From NCBI GenBank assembly GCA_001643675.2, contig LSRY02000056.1, forward strand, positions 186,001 to 250,000: a stretch of 64,000 nucleotides of DNA, read 5' to 3'. A program made the translations under genes and the position numbers. The DNA is from Monocercomonoides exilis PA203 (lineage: Eukaryota; Protista; Preaxostyla). The notes under the pieces were generated by a model. That model was not told the origin of the DNA and did not search any database. It was given only the letters and a program-made list of their open reading frames with translations. Each line of letters opens with the position of its first letter. The first letter of the stretch is position 1. Of this stretch, positions 1 through 12,055 are shown one piece after another.

Positions 1-3000
1 AGAGAAGAAGGAAGAGAAGAAAAAGAAGAAGAAGGTGATAGAATATTGACAGGAAGAGAAGGAGAAGAATCTTTTGCAGAAGGGCGGCCGAGTGAATCGT
101 GAGCAGACGATTCAGATGAAGCAACAGGAGTGGAAGGCAAAGAGGATGCTGTTGAATCAGATGATGTTGAAGAAGGACGTGGTTGTGAAGGTGAATGTGA
201 AAGTGAAAGATGATTTGACGAAAGAAGAAGGCGAAACTTGTGCGATCTGAATGACCGGCGAAGGAGATGACTGAACAGAAGAAGAAGAAGAAGAAGCATA
301 ATCATTATCATTAACACCATTATTATCAATATCATAATCATCTGTCTTAAAAGACGATTCTGATGAATTCAATGAAGTATTTTTTGTTTCCTTCAGAGAA
401 GATGTTCTTGCAACAGAATGAACAGGAAGTGAACACACATTCAGCTGTTCCAGTTGTTGTTGCTGTTGTTGTTCTTGTTGATTGGCTGAGAGTTCAGACA
501 ATTCATCAAAGACTGAAGAAAAAGAAGAAGGCGATTATGAAGTTAATGCTGAATGATCAGATTTCAACACAATGACTGCTTTCGTAATAAAATTCTTTCA
601 ACAGAAGATATGAAGAAAGAACGAAAGAAGAAGGGGCATCTGAGAGAAAATTGGAATGAAATGAGTTCAATTGTTCTCTTTGGACGAGCTGGGCGACAAA
701 GGCGAGCAAGAATCATCTGAAGAAAATACAAACAAAATGAGCAGATTCCAATTTCATTACAGCCAACAGCGGCAACAGAAAGTAGTTTCATTGTGTGTTG
801 CAACACAAGAATTTGTTGGCTATTCAAACAACAAATTCTCAAATTCAAAGAAGGTCTTCTTTCCATCAGCTAAGACAAAAAACTATCGTAGATGAAGAAA
901 TCGAAGGAGAATGAGAAGAAATCACATAAGCTGAAAAAATGCTGCTTGAAATGGATTGTCTCTGAGAATAACGTTCAACATAAAAAAATACTGTTTGCTG
1001 AAATGGAAAAAAGTTCAAATAATACATAAAAATAATAAGTTTTGCAAAGGTTAAATTATCTAAAAATTGCACACCTGCCATCTTTTTCGCAAATGGAGAA
1101 GATTGTTCAATCACTGATGCTGTCAATCTCCATTTCCACTCCTTCGCATCGCTTCTTTCTTTGTAGTCCTTTTTTCCCAATAAAAACTTATTTTTCAATG
1201 TTGCATCCACTTCCTTTTTCAAGAAAATAATATTTCTGCTATTTTGCCCGAATGCTGCCTTTTGTTTGCATTCTTCTTTGTTAAAAAAAGCTTTCTGTTT
1301 GAATCAATGAAAAAACAATAAATGTAATATTCGATCATGTTTCGAATTGTTTTGAAAAACACTTTTTTCATTTTTTTCTAAATAGCTTGTGACCCAAGAT
1401 TTTATTCTAAATACTTTAACCGGGTTTGATAAAGCTTTTACCAGAAAGACAGACTTGTTACGGGTTTTTCATGGTTTATCAGTAAAAAAATTATATTTAT
1501 CGAAAGAATGAGTAATTACAGGAACGACATAGATGTTTCGACAAACAAGTTGAACTATTCGTAATAACTTGTTTGTATTCATTATTCATTATTTTTTACG
1601 AAACAATACATAGTTATGGTAAAATATCTAGTATTTAGAATAAAATCTTGGGTCACAAGCTATTTAGAAAAAAATGAAAAAAGTGTTTTTCAAAACAATT
1701 CGAAACATGATCGAATATTACATTTATTGTTTTTTCATTGATTCAAACAGAAAGCTTTTTTTAACAAAGAAGAATGCAAACAAAAGGCAGCATTCGGGCA
1801 AAATAGCAGAAATATTATTTTCTTGAAAAAGGAAGTGGATGCAACATTGAAAAATAAGTTTTTATTGGGAAAAAAGGACTACAAAGAAAGAAGCGATGCG
1901 AAGGAGTGGAAATGGAGATTGACAGCATCAGTGATTGAACAATCTTCTCCATTTGCGAAAAAGATGGCAGGTGTGCAATTTTTAGATAATTTAACCTTTG
2001 CAAAACTTATTATTTTTATGTATTATTTGAACTTTTTTCCATTTCAGCAAACAGTATTTTTTTATGTTGAACGTTATTCTCAGAGACAATCCATTTCAAG
2101 CAGCATTTTTTCAGCTTATGTGATTTCTTCTCATTCTCCTTCGATTTCTTCATCTACGATAGTTTTTTGTCTTAGCTGATGGAAAGAAGACCTTCTTTGA
2201 ATTTGAGAATTTGTTGTTTGAATAGCCAACAAATTCTTGTGTTGCAACACACAATGAAACTACTTTCTGTTGCCGCTGTTGGCTGTAATGAAATTGGAAT
2301 CTGCTCATTTTGTTTGTATTTTCTTCAGATGATTCTTGCTCGCCTTTGTCGCCCAGCTCGTCCAAAGAGAACAATTGAACTCATTTCATTCCAATTTTCT
2401 CTCAGATGCCCCTTCTTCTTTCGTTCTTTCTTCATATCTTCTGTTGAAAGAATTTTATTACGAAAGCAGTCATTGTGTTGAAATCTGATCATTCAGCATT
2501 AACTTCATAATCGCCTTCTTCTTTTTCTTCAGTCTTTGATGAATTGTCTGAACTCTCAGCCAATCAACAAGAACAACAACAGCAACAACAACTGGAACAG
2601 CTGAATGTGTGTTCACTTCCTGTTCATTCTGTTGCAAGAACATCTTCTCTGAAGGAAACAAAAAATACTTCATTGAATTCATCAGAATCGTCTTTTAAGA
2701 CAGATGATTATGATATTGATAATAATGGTGTTAATGATAATGATTATGCTTCTTCTTCTTCTTCTTCTGTTCAGTCATCTCCTTCGCCGGTCATTCAGAT
2801 CGCACAAGTTTCGCCTTCTTCTTTCGTCAAATCATCTTTCACTTTCACATTCACCTTCACAACCACGTCCTTCTTCAACATCATCTGATTCAACAGCATC
2901 CTCTTTGCCTTCCACTCCTGTTGCTTCATCTGAATCGTCTGCTCACGATTCACTCGGCCGCCCTTCTGCAAAAGATTCTTCTCCTTCTCTTCCTGTCAAT

Positions 3001-3044
3001 ATTCTATCACCTTCTTCTTCTTTTTCTTCTCTTCCTTCTTCTCT
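1..3044. repeat. Large inverted repeat: left arm 1-1415, right arm 1630-3044, 214-bp spacer 1416-1629; left arm runs off the window edge
   Basis: Position x pairs with 3045-x. Six ORF translations are mirrored identically (e.g. 157..501- equals 2544..2888+). Pairing holds at 1415/1630 and fails at 1416/1629. Confidence 0.97.
1432..1630. mobile_element. MITE-like remnant forming the palindrome spacer
   Basis: TAGTTnnnGTAAAATATCTA at 1611-1630 matches 6941-6960 at 17/20. CGTAACAAGT-type motif occurs in both orientations (1453-1462 minus, variant at 1560 plus). Both ends read TTTTACCA inward. Confidence 0.4.
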
Positions 3045-4250
3045 CTATCAAACATCCAACTTCTCTTCATTAACATCACCTCGCTCTCCTCTTGCTGTTT
3101 GCTTTGGATCTTTAGCCTCTTCTCCTCAACCTTCCACCAATACACTCGAATTTCCTCCTTCTTCTTCATCCTCTTCTTCCTCTTCGTCCTCTTCTTCCTC
3201 TTCTTCCTCTAAGTCCAGATATTGACTTTCTAAGCAATCGAATCTCTTCTCCTTCGCTTTCGGATGTTGATGGAAAAGCATAAAAAGTCAATTGACAAAG
3301 AATTCTTATATTTCTTCTGCTTCTTCTGCTTTTTATAATGTTGTTCAGATTCCACAAACAAACCAGCAATTTGCATCTCCTTCTCCTCCTCCTTCTCCTC
3401 CTCTTCCTCCTCTTCCTGCTCTTCCTCCTCCTCCTCATCATCATCATCATCGTCGTCGTCATCATCATCATCATCGTCCTTCCTTTTTCTTCCTTTTCTT
3501 CTTCTTCGTTGTCTTCTTCCGCTTCCTCTTAACTGTAAATTTTCCGATGGCATTGGATCAGTCCATGGACATTCTGATGCATTTATTCCATTCAATTCTT
3601 AAGCACGTATAAACTGAACAAAAAATAAATCATTCTCATTTCTTCGCCTCGATATATCAACGTTGAATGATTGACATTTTCGTTCATAATATTGGAAATG
3701 AAATGCCATCAATATGGATTCATTTCATTTTATTTCTTCTTCTTCAACGCCTTCTTCGATGATCAACAAAAATATTTATATTTCCACTTTATTCAACTCC
3801 AGCCAAATTCAGCTCCATCCCTCGTCTCACATTTCTATTCAGAAGCACAGATAATTTTTTATTCAATCACAGAATATCAGCTGAAATTATGAGACAACGA
3901 AATGAAAGAAACTTTTTGTGGAGAATAGCAGATTGGCATGTCAAAATTAAAAAAGGAGGACAGTTCCGACTTTTCACATTTTGAAACCGAAGCATTTGCT
4001 GTGAAAACAGAAAATACATTGAAGCAGTTCTTTTGTGAAATGGATGGGCTTCAAAAATAGGTTCGGCAGGTGACACAACGTCACACGCCTTTAACGAGAT
4101 GTGGAAGATGAAAGGATGAAGGAAACTGATTCAGAGGAAAGACATATTTAACAGAAAATTCTTTAAAAACAAGAGAATAAATATCCGACAAGCAATGTTG
4201 ATTTCATCAAATGCACATGTGAGATGTTTTCTTCTATTTTGTGTACCTTC
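1750..4250 (+). pseudogene. Decayed gene of unknown family, its 5' part duplicated in the palindrome
   Basis: Coding-like stretches broken by stops and frameshifts, an intron-like GTGTG...TTTCAG segment at ~1970-2047, and Gln/Ser/acidic trinucleotide tracts like those in neighbouring genes. Confidence 0.35.
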
Positions 4251-4254
4251 TCTT

Positions 4255-5696
4255 CAAATATCTTCGACTTTGCCTTCTTTTGCACATAAATTCACCGACA
4301 AGTCAGCTGATAAAATGATTTCTGCCTTATGATCTGCACCTTCTTCAGAAGACTCATAGCGTTTTGTGTCCTCTTGCAGGGCATCTTTTATAGCCAGAAA
4401 TTCATTGCTTTGATGCCAAGTATGCTTTCCACATATTCATTGTCAGCTGAATGCCCGTTGAGAAATATAAACAAATCGACATTCCAGTTGCCAAATGCCT
4501 CTGTTCTGTCATGTCCAGCAATCGAATTGTCTTTCTGAGTGATGTTTCCCATGAAGGCGAATAAGGGCTCTTTCACAGAAGCAACAAATGATTCACACAG
4601 AAAATACATATCTCTTCCGACACTGGCCTTGTTGGCTGAAAACACGATATTGGTGATGGAAAAGGTTGTGGATGACACTTCTGAATCGTCCTTGTACTCG
4701 ATCATGAGAGCACCGCCTCTTCCTCCAGAACTTGTATCCTCGCTCACACAGCAGGTGGAGAAATTTGTGTTGCTCACCGAAAATGTGTTGGCAGAGGCAG
4801 ATGAGGAGAATGAGATGCACCCGCCATTGGTGGCTGTCTGTTGGTTTTGTGGAGCTGAGTTGATGCTGGTGATGGTGCAGTTGGCGAGGGAGAGGGAGAG
4901 GGCAGGGGAGGTGGCAGAGGAGAGGACACAGCTGGCGGGGTAAGCAGTGGAGGTGATGTGAGTGATGTTGGAGGAGTTGAGGATGAGAGGAGCTGTGAGG
5001 GAGGTGAGATGGAAGATGCTTTGGCTGTTGAGGATGAGTTTTGTGATTGTTGTGTGGTTGAGGGCGAGGGAGCCAGCAGTGATGAAGAAGAGGGGAGTTG
5101 TGATTGATGATGAAGATGAGGTTGTTTCGGTGATGGTGGTTGTGTTGAGGTTGAGGGAAGGGGAGTTATCGGAAAGGTGGAAGAGGATGGGGGTGATGGA
5201 GTTTGTGGAGTTGTGAGCGATGTCGACTGCAGAGACTGTGAGGGAGCCCTGTGTCTGTTAAGAGGGCAGACGAGGCAGATGGATCTGGTGAAGAAGATGT
5301 TGATGACGAAAATGATTAATATGATGAAAATGATGATGTTGAGAGAGATGAAGAAGAATTCGGTTGTTGGATTCCACTGGAGGCGACTGTAGTTGATTCT
5401 GTGCCATTGCCAGTGATTTTTATATCAGAAGCGATGAAGGTTAGAGTTTGATTGGGGACAAATGTTGAGCTGAGGAGAGTAAGAGACGCATCTTGAAGGA
5501 GGGAAATGAAGCCGTTGAGGTCATACTCCGCTGTGGTACATGGGGTTTGTTGAGTTCTATCACAGACTTCAGAATCAGATCTATTGTTGGAAGCAAAATT
5601 GATATAAGATATCATAACGAAAAATGGACGTCCATTTTGGTTTGCAGCAGCTTGACAACTAATGACAGGTTTAAGAATGAAATAAGTTATTTTCAT
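4255..5696 (-). pseudogene. Decayed fragment of the GGA-motif (beta-helix-like) surface protein family
   Basis: Motifs CDRTQQTPCTT, KITGNGT, NGGCISF, GRGGALMI and FSANKASVGRDMYF. DNA at ~4985-5300 is highly similar to the reverse complement of ~44240-44560. Stops at 5316 and 4388 plus a frameshift near 5260. Confidence 0.8.
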
Positions 5697-5934
5697 GTTA
5701 AAGATAAGGCTGAATATCTGTATAAGCAGAACAAATCGGAAAGATAGGACTGCGTTGCAAAACCTCTAACTATAGTTTGGTATTTCTTTCTTTCCGAGTT
5801 ATTTTATTTTTGAACTGAAACAACTTTTTATTTGTTATTTTTATTTGTAGTGAAAGTGATGAAAAACTGGAAGGCAAAAAACTTAAAAAAGAAACAAGAA
5901 TTCGGAAAACTGAACAAAAAAAGTGCAAATCGCT

Positions 5935-6960
5935 AAGTAGTTATTCTTTGTTGCCTTCTGCTTCTTTATTGATCTCGTCATTTGCAATTTTCCGTTGTTT
6001 TGAATTCTCCATATGTATTTCTTCATCGTGCATTGATTTTCGTTTTCTTTTCATTTTCTCTCTGAACATTAAGTTTGATTCGCGCCTTTTTTTTTTGTTT
6101 GCTTTTCCACTTCATCTTGATTAAAAATAAGTCATTTCTTCTCAAACTTCCCATCATCTTCTGTGAGGTAGTTCGACTGAATATTGAGATTTGTGAGCCG
6201 TACAGCAATTTCTTCATAAAAATTCGCATCATCCATCCCGTGACGATATTTGTTCACACATTGTTTCCACAGCCGTTTCATCCTGTCAAAAACCATTCTT
6301 CTGGAATTCGTTATTTTGTGGGTCTCGCATTTAATTCCATTTCTTTTTTGGCTTTGGTATTTTCAATCGAAGATATGAACAAAAAAACCTTCCACCATGG
6401 TCTGATATCGTTTATTCGCTGTTATTTTTCATCGAGAAACACATTCATTCAGCCCATTCTTTTGTCTATTCATTAAGTTGCTGCTTGCTTGACTGGAGTA
6501 AACAGAAGTATTTAATGAATTCAAAGAAGAAACTGTTTCTGAAAACGACGATGATGTTTGTGAATATAGTATTCCACTAGTGCAATTTTCATGTTGAATG
6601 TCTGCATTTCTAACTTGGGAGCTTCAACTATCAGTTTTTGTGTTTCAATATGAAAAATAAATTCACAAATTAAAAAAATAAAAATTATGTTTTGTTTTTC
6701 GTTCACAAAAAATGATGCATACATAATAAAAGGATCAACGAACGTTAAATAACTCATCTTTGATAAAAATTTATCAGTCTAATAAATTGGAACACAAGTG
6801 TCTCAAAATACATTCAAATTTTGTTTCCTTTTAAATATAAAATCTTTGTCTGAAAGAATGGGTTTTTTTCGTAACAAGTGTAATTTATCCGTTACAAGTC
6901 TTGATTTTTCGTAACAACTAAGCATTTTGCTAAATACAGATAGTTGCCGTAAAATATCTA
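5935..6960 (-). mobile_element. Degenerate PIF/Harbinger-ISL2EU-like (IS5 superfamily, DDE_Tnp_4-type) transposase with subterminal repeats
   Basis: Broken frames read LIVEAPKLEMQ...YYIHKHHRRFQKQF and LNARPTK*RIPEEWF/FDRMKRLWKQCVNKYRH...IAVRLTNLNIQSNYLTEDDGKFEKK. These resemble the YSGKH and N...R...E..FGR.K..W....R...LTN motifs of this family. CGTWACAA repeats at 6870, 6890 and 6910. Confidence 0.6.
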
Positions 6961-7003
6961 ATGAATTTTATTTTCACTTAAAAAGCTTTCCATGCATTTT
7001 TCG

Positions 7004-7056
<53 letters not shown>
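7004..7056 (+). repeat. 53-nt poly-A homopolymer
   Basis: Directly visible; lies at the border between the decayed zone and the first intact gene. Confidence 0.95.
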
Positions 7057-7059
<3 letters not shown>

Positions 7060-7352
7060 AATGTTTTGAAAAAGTCATAACATGTTTTTCAATATTGTTT
7101 TCATTTCGAAAAATGTTTCAAAATTCTAAACAAAAAAATATCCTGTAAAATTTAATGTTGAACTGGATAGTTTCGAAAAAAAATGGCAGAATACGTTATT
7201 ATCGATCAATGCGTCAAAACACATAATTTTTCTTCATAAATAGTGAAGAAAATTTGTGAGTTTAACTTAAATAAATTCAATTCTTGAAAACCAACAATTT
7301 TCTTCAAATGGGATAAGATCAGTAAAAATTTCCGTTTTATTTTATTTTGGAT

Positions 7353-10300
7353 ATGTTTCCAGGAAATCAGGAAAGTGGGAACATGAAAAGTGAAAAGATG
7401 GATGAAGATCCAACATCACCAAGTTCACTAACTCTCCCAACACCTGAATTAATCCACACTTCCATTCTACACAAAAAGCGTTTGGCTTTGAAATCGAAAT
7501 TTTTACGCTTTTCTCAAAACAGTCCATCGTCTCAAATCATCGAAGTGAAAACAGAACTTCAAAGTGAAAGTTTTCTTTCGAATGGATTGACATCAGGGCT
7601 TGCAGACAAAGATTCTACTCGTTCTTTTCTTACTGATACTGTAATTGTGAGGCCTACAGCTTCATTTCTTGACCAATCACCACAAGTTACGCCATCTATG
7701 TCTGAGAGAGGACTCACACCAGCATTGCCGTCATCCACTCCACTTCAATCGCCTTCTCTTAAAACGACTTCATTTTTTGGGCAATCTTCAAATTTGCTCC
7801 AACAAAAAAAGTTCATTTCACCATCTCAATCCCCTCAAACTGTTTCAAACTCAACATCAGTTTTTTCTTCACCAACACTTTTTTCTGGAAGCCAATCACA
7901 AATAATGAAAAAACATTCAATGACAGCTGCTCAAGCTGCATTCGTTGCTCAGCTACAAAAAGTTGAAGAAGCAGAGAAAGGCCGTTCTGGAGGCTACAAG
8001 GCTAAAGGCAATATTTCTCATTCTTTTTCGCCTGGTCTTGCTCTTTCTCCTTCTGCAACAAAAGACGACACTTCAACAATAACATTTGCTCCATTAGTTC
8101 CTTCCACTTCAGCGGGAAATCTTTCAAAAGGATATTCATCTCAATCGCCCCCGGCCTCGTTTTCATCAAATTTACTTCCTTCTTCACCACTTCATGGTTC
8201 ATTCAAAATCAATAATGAAATTCACACAAATTCTTTAACGATAGAAGAGAGGCCTCCGCCTCCAAGAAGAAGAAATGCCAACGGAGAAATTGTGTATTGC
8301 GTCTGCCAATCGGTTTGTTTTAATTTCAACATTTCCTTTTATTTTTGTCAATTTTCATCTTTTCAATTTATGAAAATAATTATTATTCATTAATAAAATT
8401 TCAATCATTTTTTATTTTCGCCTATTCCGCTGCAACAGCCTCTGGACGATGTGTTTATGATTCAGTGCGACAAATGCCAAGAGTGGTACCATGGCGCATG
8501 TGTCGACATCACAAAGGAGCAGTCATCGCTGATCGACACATTCATCTGCCCAATGTGCAAAGGCAAAGGCGAGGAATTCATAAAGACATTTCTGAAGCGC
8601 TGGAAGTCCGGTGCCATCAACCTCGAACGCGAGCGCGCAATTGCCATCGCCCAGCGTCAGGCAGAAGAAGCAGCACACCTTTCAGCACAGTCAGCATTGT
8701 CTGACTCTGCTCTGTCAGCTTCTGCAACTTCCTCGTTCTCTTCCGCTGACCAGTTTGCGATGCATTCTGACGAGCCATCGGGCGGGCTGATGTCTCTGCC
8801 TTCTTCTACCTCATTCGCCACCTCTGCATCGTCATCTGGCTCAGCTGACTACACAAAGGACTCTCCAGACTACTCAATGGCCTTTTCACCACCTCTTCCC
8901 TTTCCAATGGATGAAGAGGGAAAAGGCTCACTGGGAGCTTTGGGGTCACCTGCATTCGACACTCCGTATTCTTCTCCGTCTGACCCTTACTCTGCACTCG
9001 ACTCACCCTACCAGCCAAACTCACCAGGCGCATACACACGCTACGGGAAGACCAAGCGCGACCGATTGAATTCCAATGTGAACTCTCCGCTGCGATCGAT
9101 GAAGCACGGCTACGGATCTCCTTATGCACACCACGAGCACATGCGGAAGAAAGGCGGGAGAGGCTCAGACATGCTGCTGTTCCCATCTCCTGGCCACTCC
9201 ACTTCCCCAGGCGCCTCTTTGTGGGGCCAGTCATCACTGGGCAGATCTTCGCTCTCGGCACACCAGCTGTCCTCGCTGTCGTCGTATTCGCATCAGAACT
9301 TGCAGCACTCAGGTGGAAGTGGCAGGCACTATGAGAGTGATGAGTCGTCGGATGACAACTCGAGTGATGGCTGGCCGTTTGGCGGTGGGAAGAAGAAGAA
9401 GAAGGACAGAAAGAGGTTTGAAGGGAGAGGCGACAGTGCAATGGACGATATGTCGAATAAAGACAAAGAAGGACGAGGAGACAAAGACAAGCAGCCAGAG
9501 GGAGATTCGGACTCTGACCTGTTCAGCGACTCGACCGACGACAAGTCATACGCAGCGTCTGAAAAGGCGTATGAAGCACGACGCGGGCGGACGGCAGGGC
9601 GCAACAGAAGCGGAAGCGAGCGATCGCCCACACACAGCTCGTTCTCAGACAGCTCTCTGTCACCTAGTTCGTCTTCGTCCTCTTCGTCTTCGTCGTCGAG
9701 GGACGTGGACTGGAGCGACAATGAGTTTGGGCGGAGCACGCGGACAGGGTCAGCCTCGGCAGCGTCAAAGGCGAAGAAGCGGCACAAACACCACGAGAGC
9801 CACAAGCACAGCCACAGCATGCGCCATTCTGGGTCGTTTGATGCGGCGGCGTATCTACAGGAGAACGGGTTCCAGCCTGGAGACTTTGAAGGGCTGCCGT
9901 GGATGCAGAATGGAGAGTGGTATTTGGATGGGATGGGGGGAGAGGACGGGATGGGAGGGAAGAAGAAGAACAAGATGAGAGGCGCAGGAATGAGCAAGAG
10001 TGGGAAGAAGGAAAAGAAGTTTGGGCTGACGAAAAGCATTCTGCAGAAGCTGAAGCTGAAGAATAGAGGCAGAACCCCCTCAAAGACGCCGAAGGGAAAG
10101 AGAATGAGAATAGAAAGATCTCTTCATGCTGCTGGTGCAAGTGCACTGGATGGAATAGAACAGGATGCATCTTTGTATCTGAGTGGTGTGCACATTGATT
10201 GACTTTATGTTATATTATATTATTTGTTAAATTATTCTTTAACATTCACATATATTTCTTTGTAAATCTCATATGTTATTATTTAAAAATTTCTTTAATA

Positions 10301-12055
10301 TAACATTTTCAATTTAAACATTTAACTCTCACAAACATAACAGCAAAAGACTCCTCTGCCATCGCTAGCCTTCTCAACCGAGCGAAAAAGACCAAAAAAT
10401 CCAGCAAAGGCGGCGCCTCCTCCAAAAGCCTGCTGCGCCGCCTGAACCAGCTGAAGAAGTTCCGCCACGGCAGCACCGACACTTTAGACAGCAACGCCCC
10501 CTTCAGCCTTGCACACGGGTCGAAATCTCTCTCTTCTGCATTCCTCTTCTCCTCCCCAAACACCCGCAGCTCCAGTGCGAAGAGGCAGCAGTCCTCAAAA
10601 CAGAAGGGCTTTCTGGACGAGGCGCTGGGGCTGGAGAAAGAAGGCTCCTCATCTGCCTCTCCTTCTCTTTCCTTCGACTCTCTCTCTTCGCCTGCCTCGC
10701 CTTCCTCGTCGCTCATCGACTTCTCCTCTGCCATCTCGCAGTCTGCCCACACGCCTTCTGACTCGCGCTCCACCCGCCTCCACCGCACACGCATCAGAGC
10801 ATCCTCTTTGATCATCCCGTTCTCATTCGTGTCGGCTGTTGCCAGTCTGAACAGAACACTCTCAAAACACAGCGACTCTTCGATGCTCTATTCGGGAAAG
10901 AATGAAAGAGTGAGCAGCGCAATGGAACATGAAAGCTCTTCGATTTTCTCGTCTTCTTCTCTTTCTTCTTCTTCCATGTCTTCTTCTTCGCCTTCTTCTG
11001 AGGGAAAGGCAGCAGTCACAGAATTGACTGCACTTTCACCACATTCTTCAACTTCATTGGATTCACTTCATACGTCTCAGCCACAAACACAAACACAAAC
11101 ACAAACACCTTCTTCTTCTATATCTTCTTCAACATCTTCTTCAGCTTCTCAATCAACTAATTCATCATCTTCATCATCATCTTCCTCCTCCTCTTCTTCT
11201 CTTCCTCCACCTCGCACTCCGTCTCCCATCACTTTCGAGCTCTTTGAGCCGACCAACCCACATCGAATGGACTCCAACAAGAAAGAGAAGGCAGCCAGCA
11301 AGCAGTCCACACCCAACCAAACAGCGTCTGAACAGTCAGCTGATTTGGCCTCATATCTCCTCAGCACAACTGAAACACCTTCTGCCTCTCCTTCTTCCTT
11401 GTCATCCACCCTCCCTTCGACTGCTGACTCCACCATTCGATATTCTGTTCTGCCTCCGTCTCTTCTCCCTCGCTTGTCTGATGATCAGGTGCCTGTGTTT
11501 GTGTGTCGCAATCCGTCCTGCCGCAGGAAATTCACTCTGCCTGTCGATGCATTCAGACATCCTCCTTCAAAAACATCTCCCTTATCATCATCATCATCAT
11601 CATCTTCTTCTTCTTCTGCTTCAATGACGAATAAACTTGACAAAGAGCAGAATATTCCTCCTCTTCCCTCCTCCACCACTTTCTTCTCTGTTCGTTATTG
11701 CTCTGACTTCTGCGGTGTGGCAGCGATGTGGAAGAAGCTGGGCATTCCAGGTGTGCCTCCGCTACAGCCGCCGCCTCATCTCGCACACATTCTGGACGGC
11801 TTTGCAGATACAAATTCAACTCCTGCTGATTCTTCTGTGAATGGGGATATCAGAGAGAAGGAGAAGGAGAAAGAAAAGGAGAAAGAGAACGAGAAAGGCA
11901 ACACGTTGGATCTATCGTCATTGATGATGTCGACAGAGCTGCCATCGCCTGCGATGCTTGAAAAGGCAGCTGATGTGCTGGGTGTTGACACGGGTGAGAA
12001 CAGTGCTATTGCTTCGATGAAGAGGAGATTCGCAAAACAGCAGGCAGCCACATGA
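7353..12055 (+). CDS. SPP1: Spp1/CFP1(CXXC1)-like PHD finger protein, ~1472 aa; exons 7353-8312, 8439-10185, 10344-12055
   Basis: Splicing restores the PHD finger YCVCQS|PLDDVFMIQCDKCQEWYHGACV...FICPMC. C-terminal CRNPSC...RYCSDFCG resembles the CFP1/Spp1 C..PGC...KYCSDDCG motif. Both GT-AG introns keep frame. Confidence 0.75.

Noticed and set aside
157-3612. Short ORFs in the palindrome arms and the poly-M/R/H/L ORFs near 3166-3612
   Set aside because: Off-frame readings of trinucleotide tracts in a decayed gene; no coherent protein.
3865-4250. Frame with three in-frame TGA codons suggesting Sec or Trp recoding, or a ThiF-like remnant
   Set aside because: TGA ends intact genes elsewhere in the window, no SECIS is evident, and the similarity is too weak. 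Pseudogene decay is the simpler explanation.
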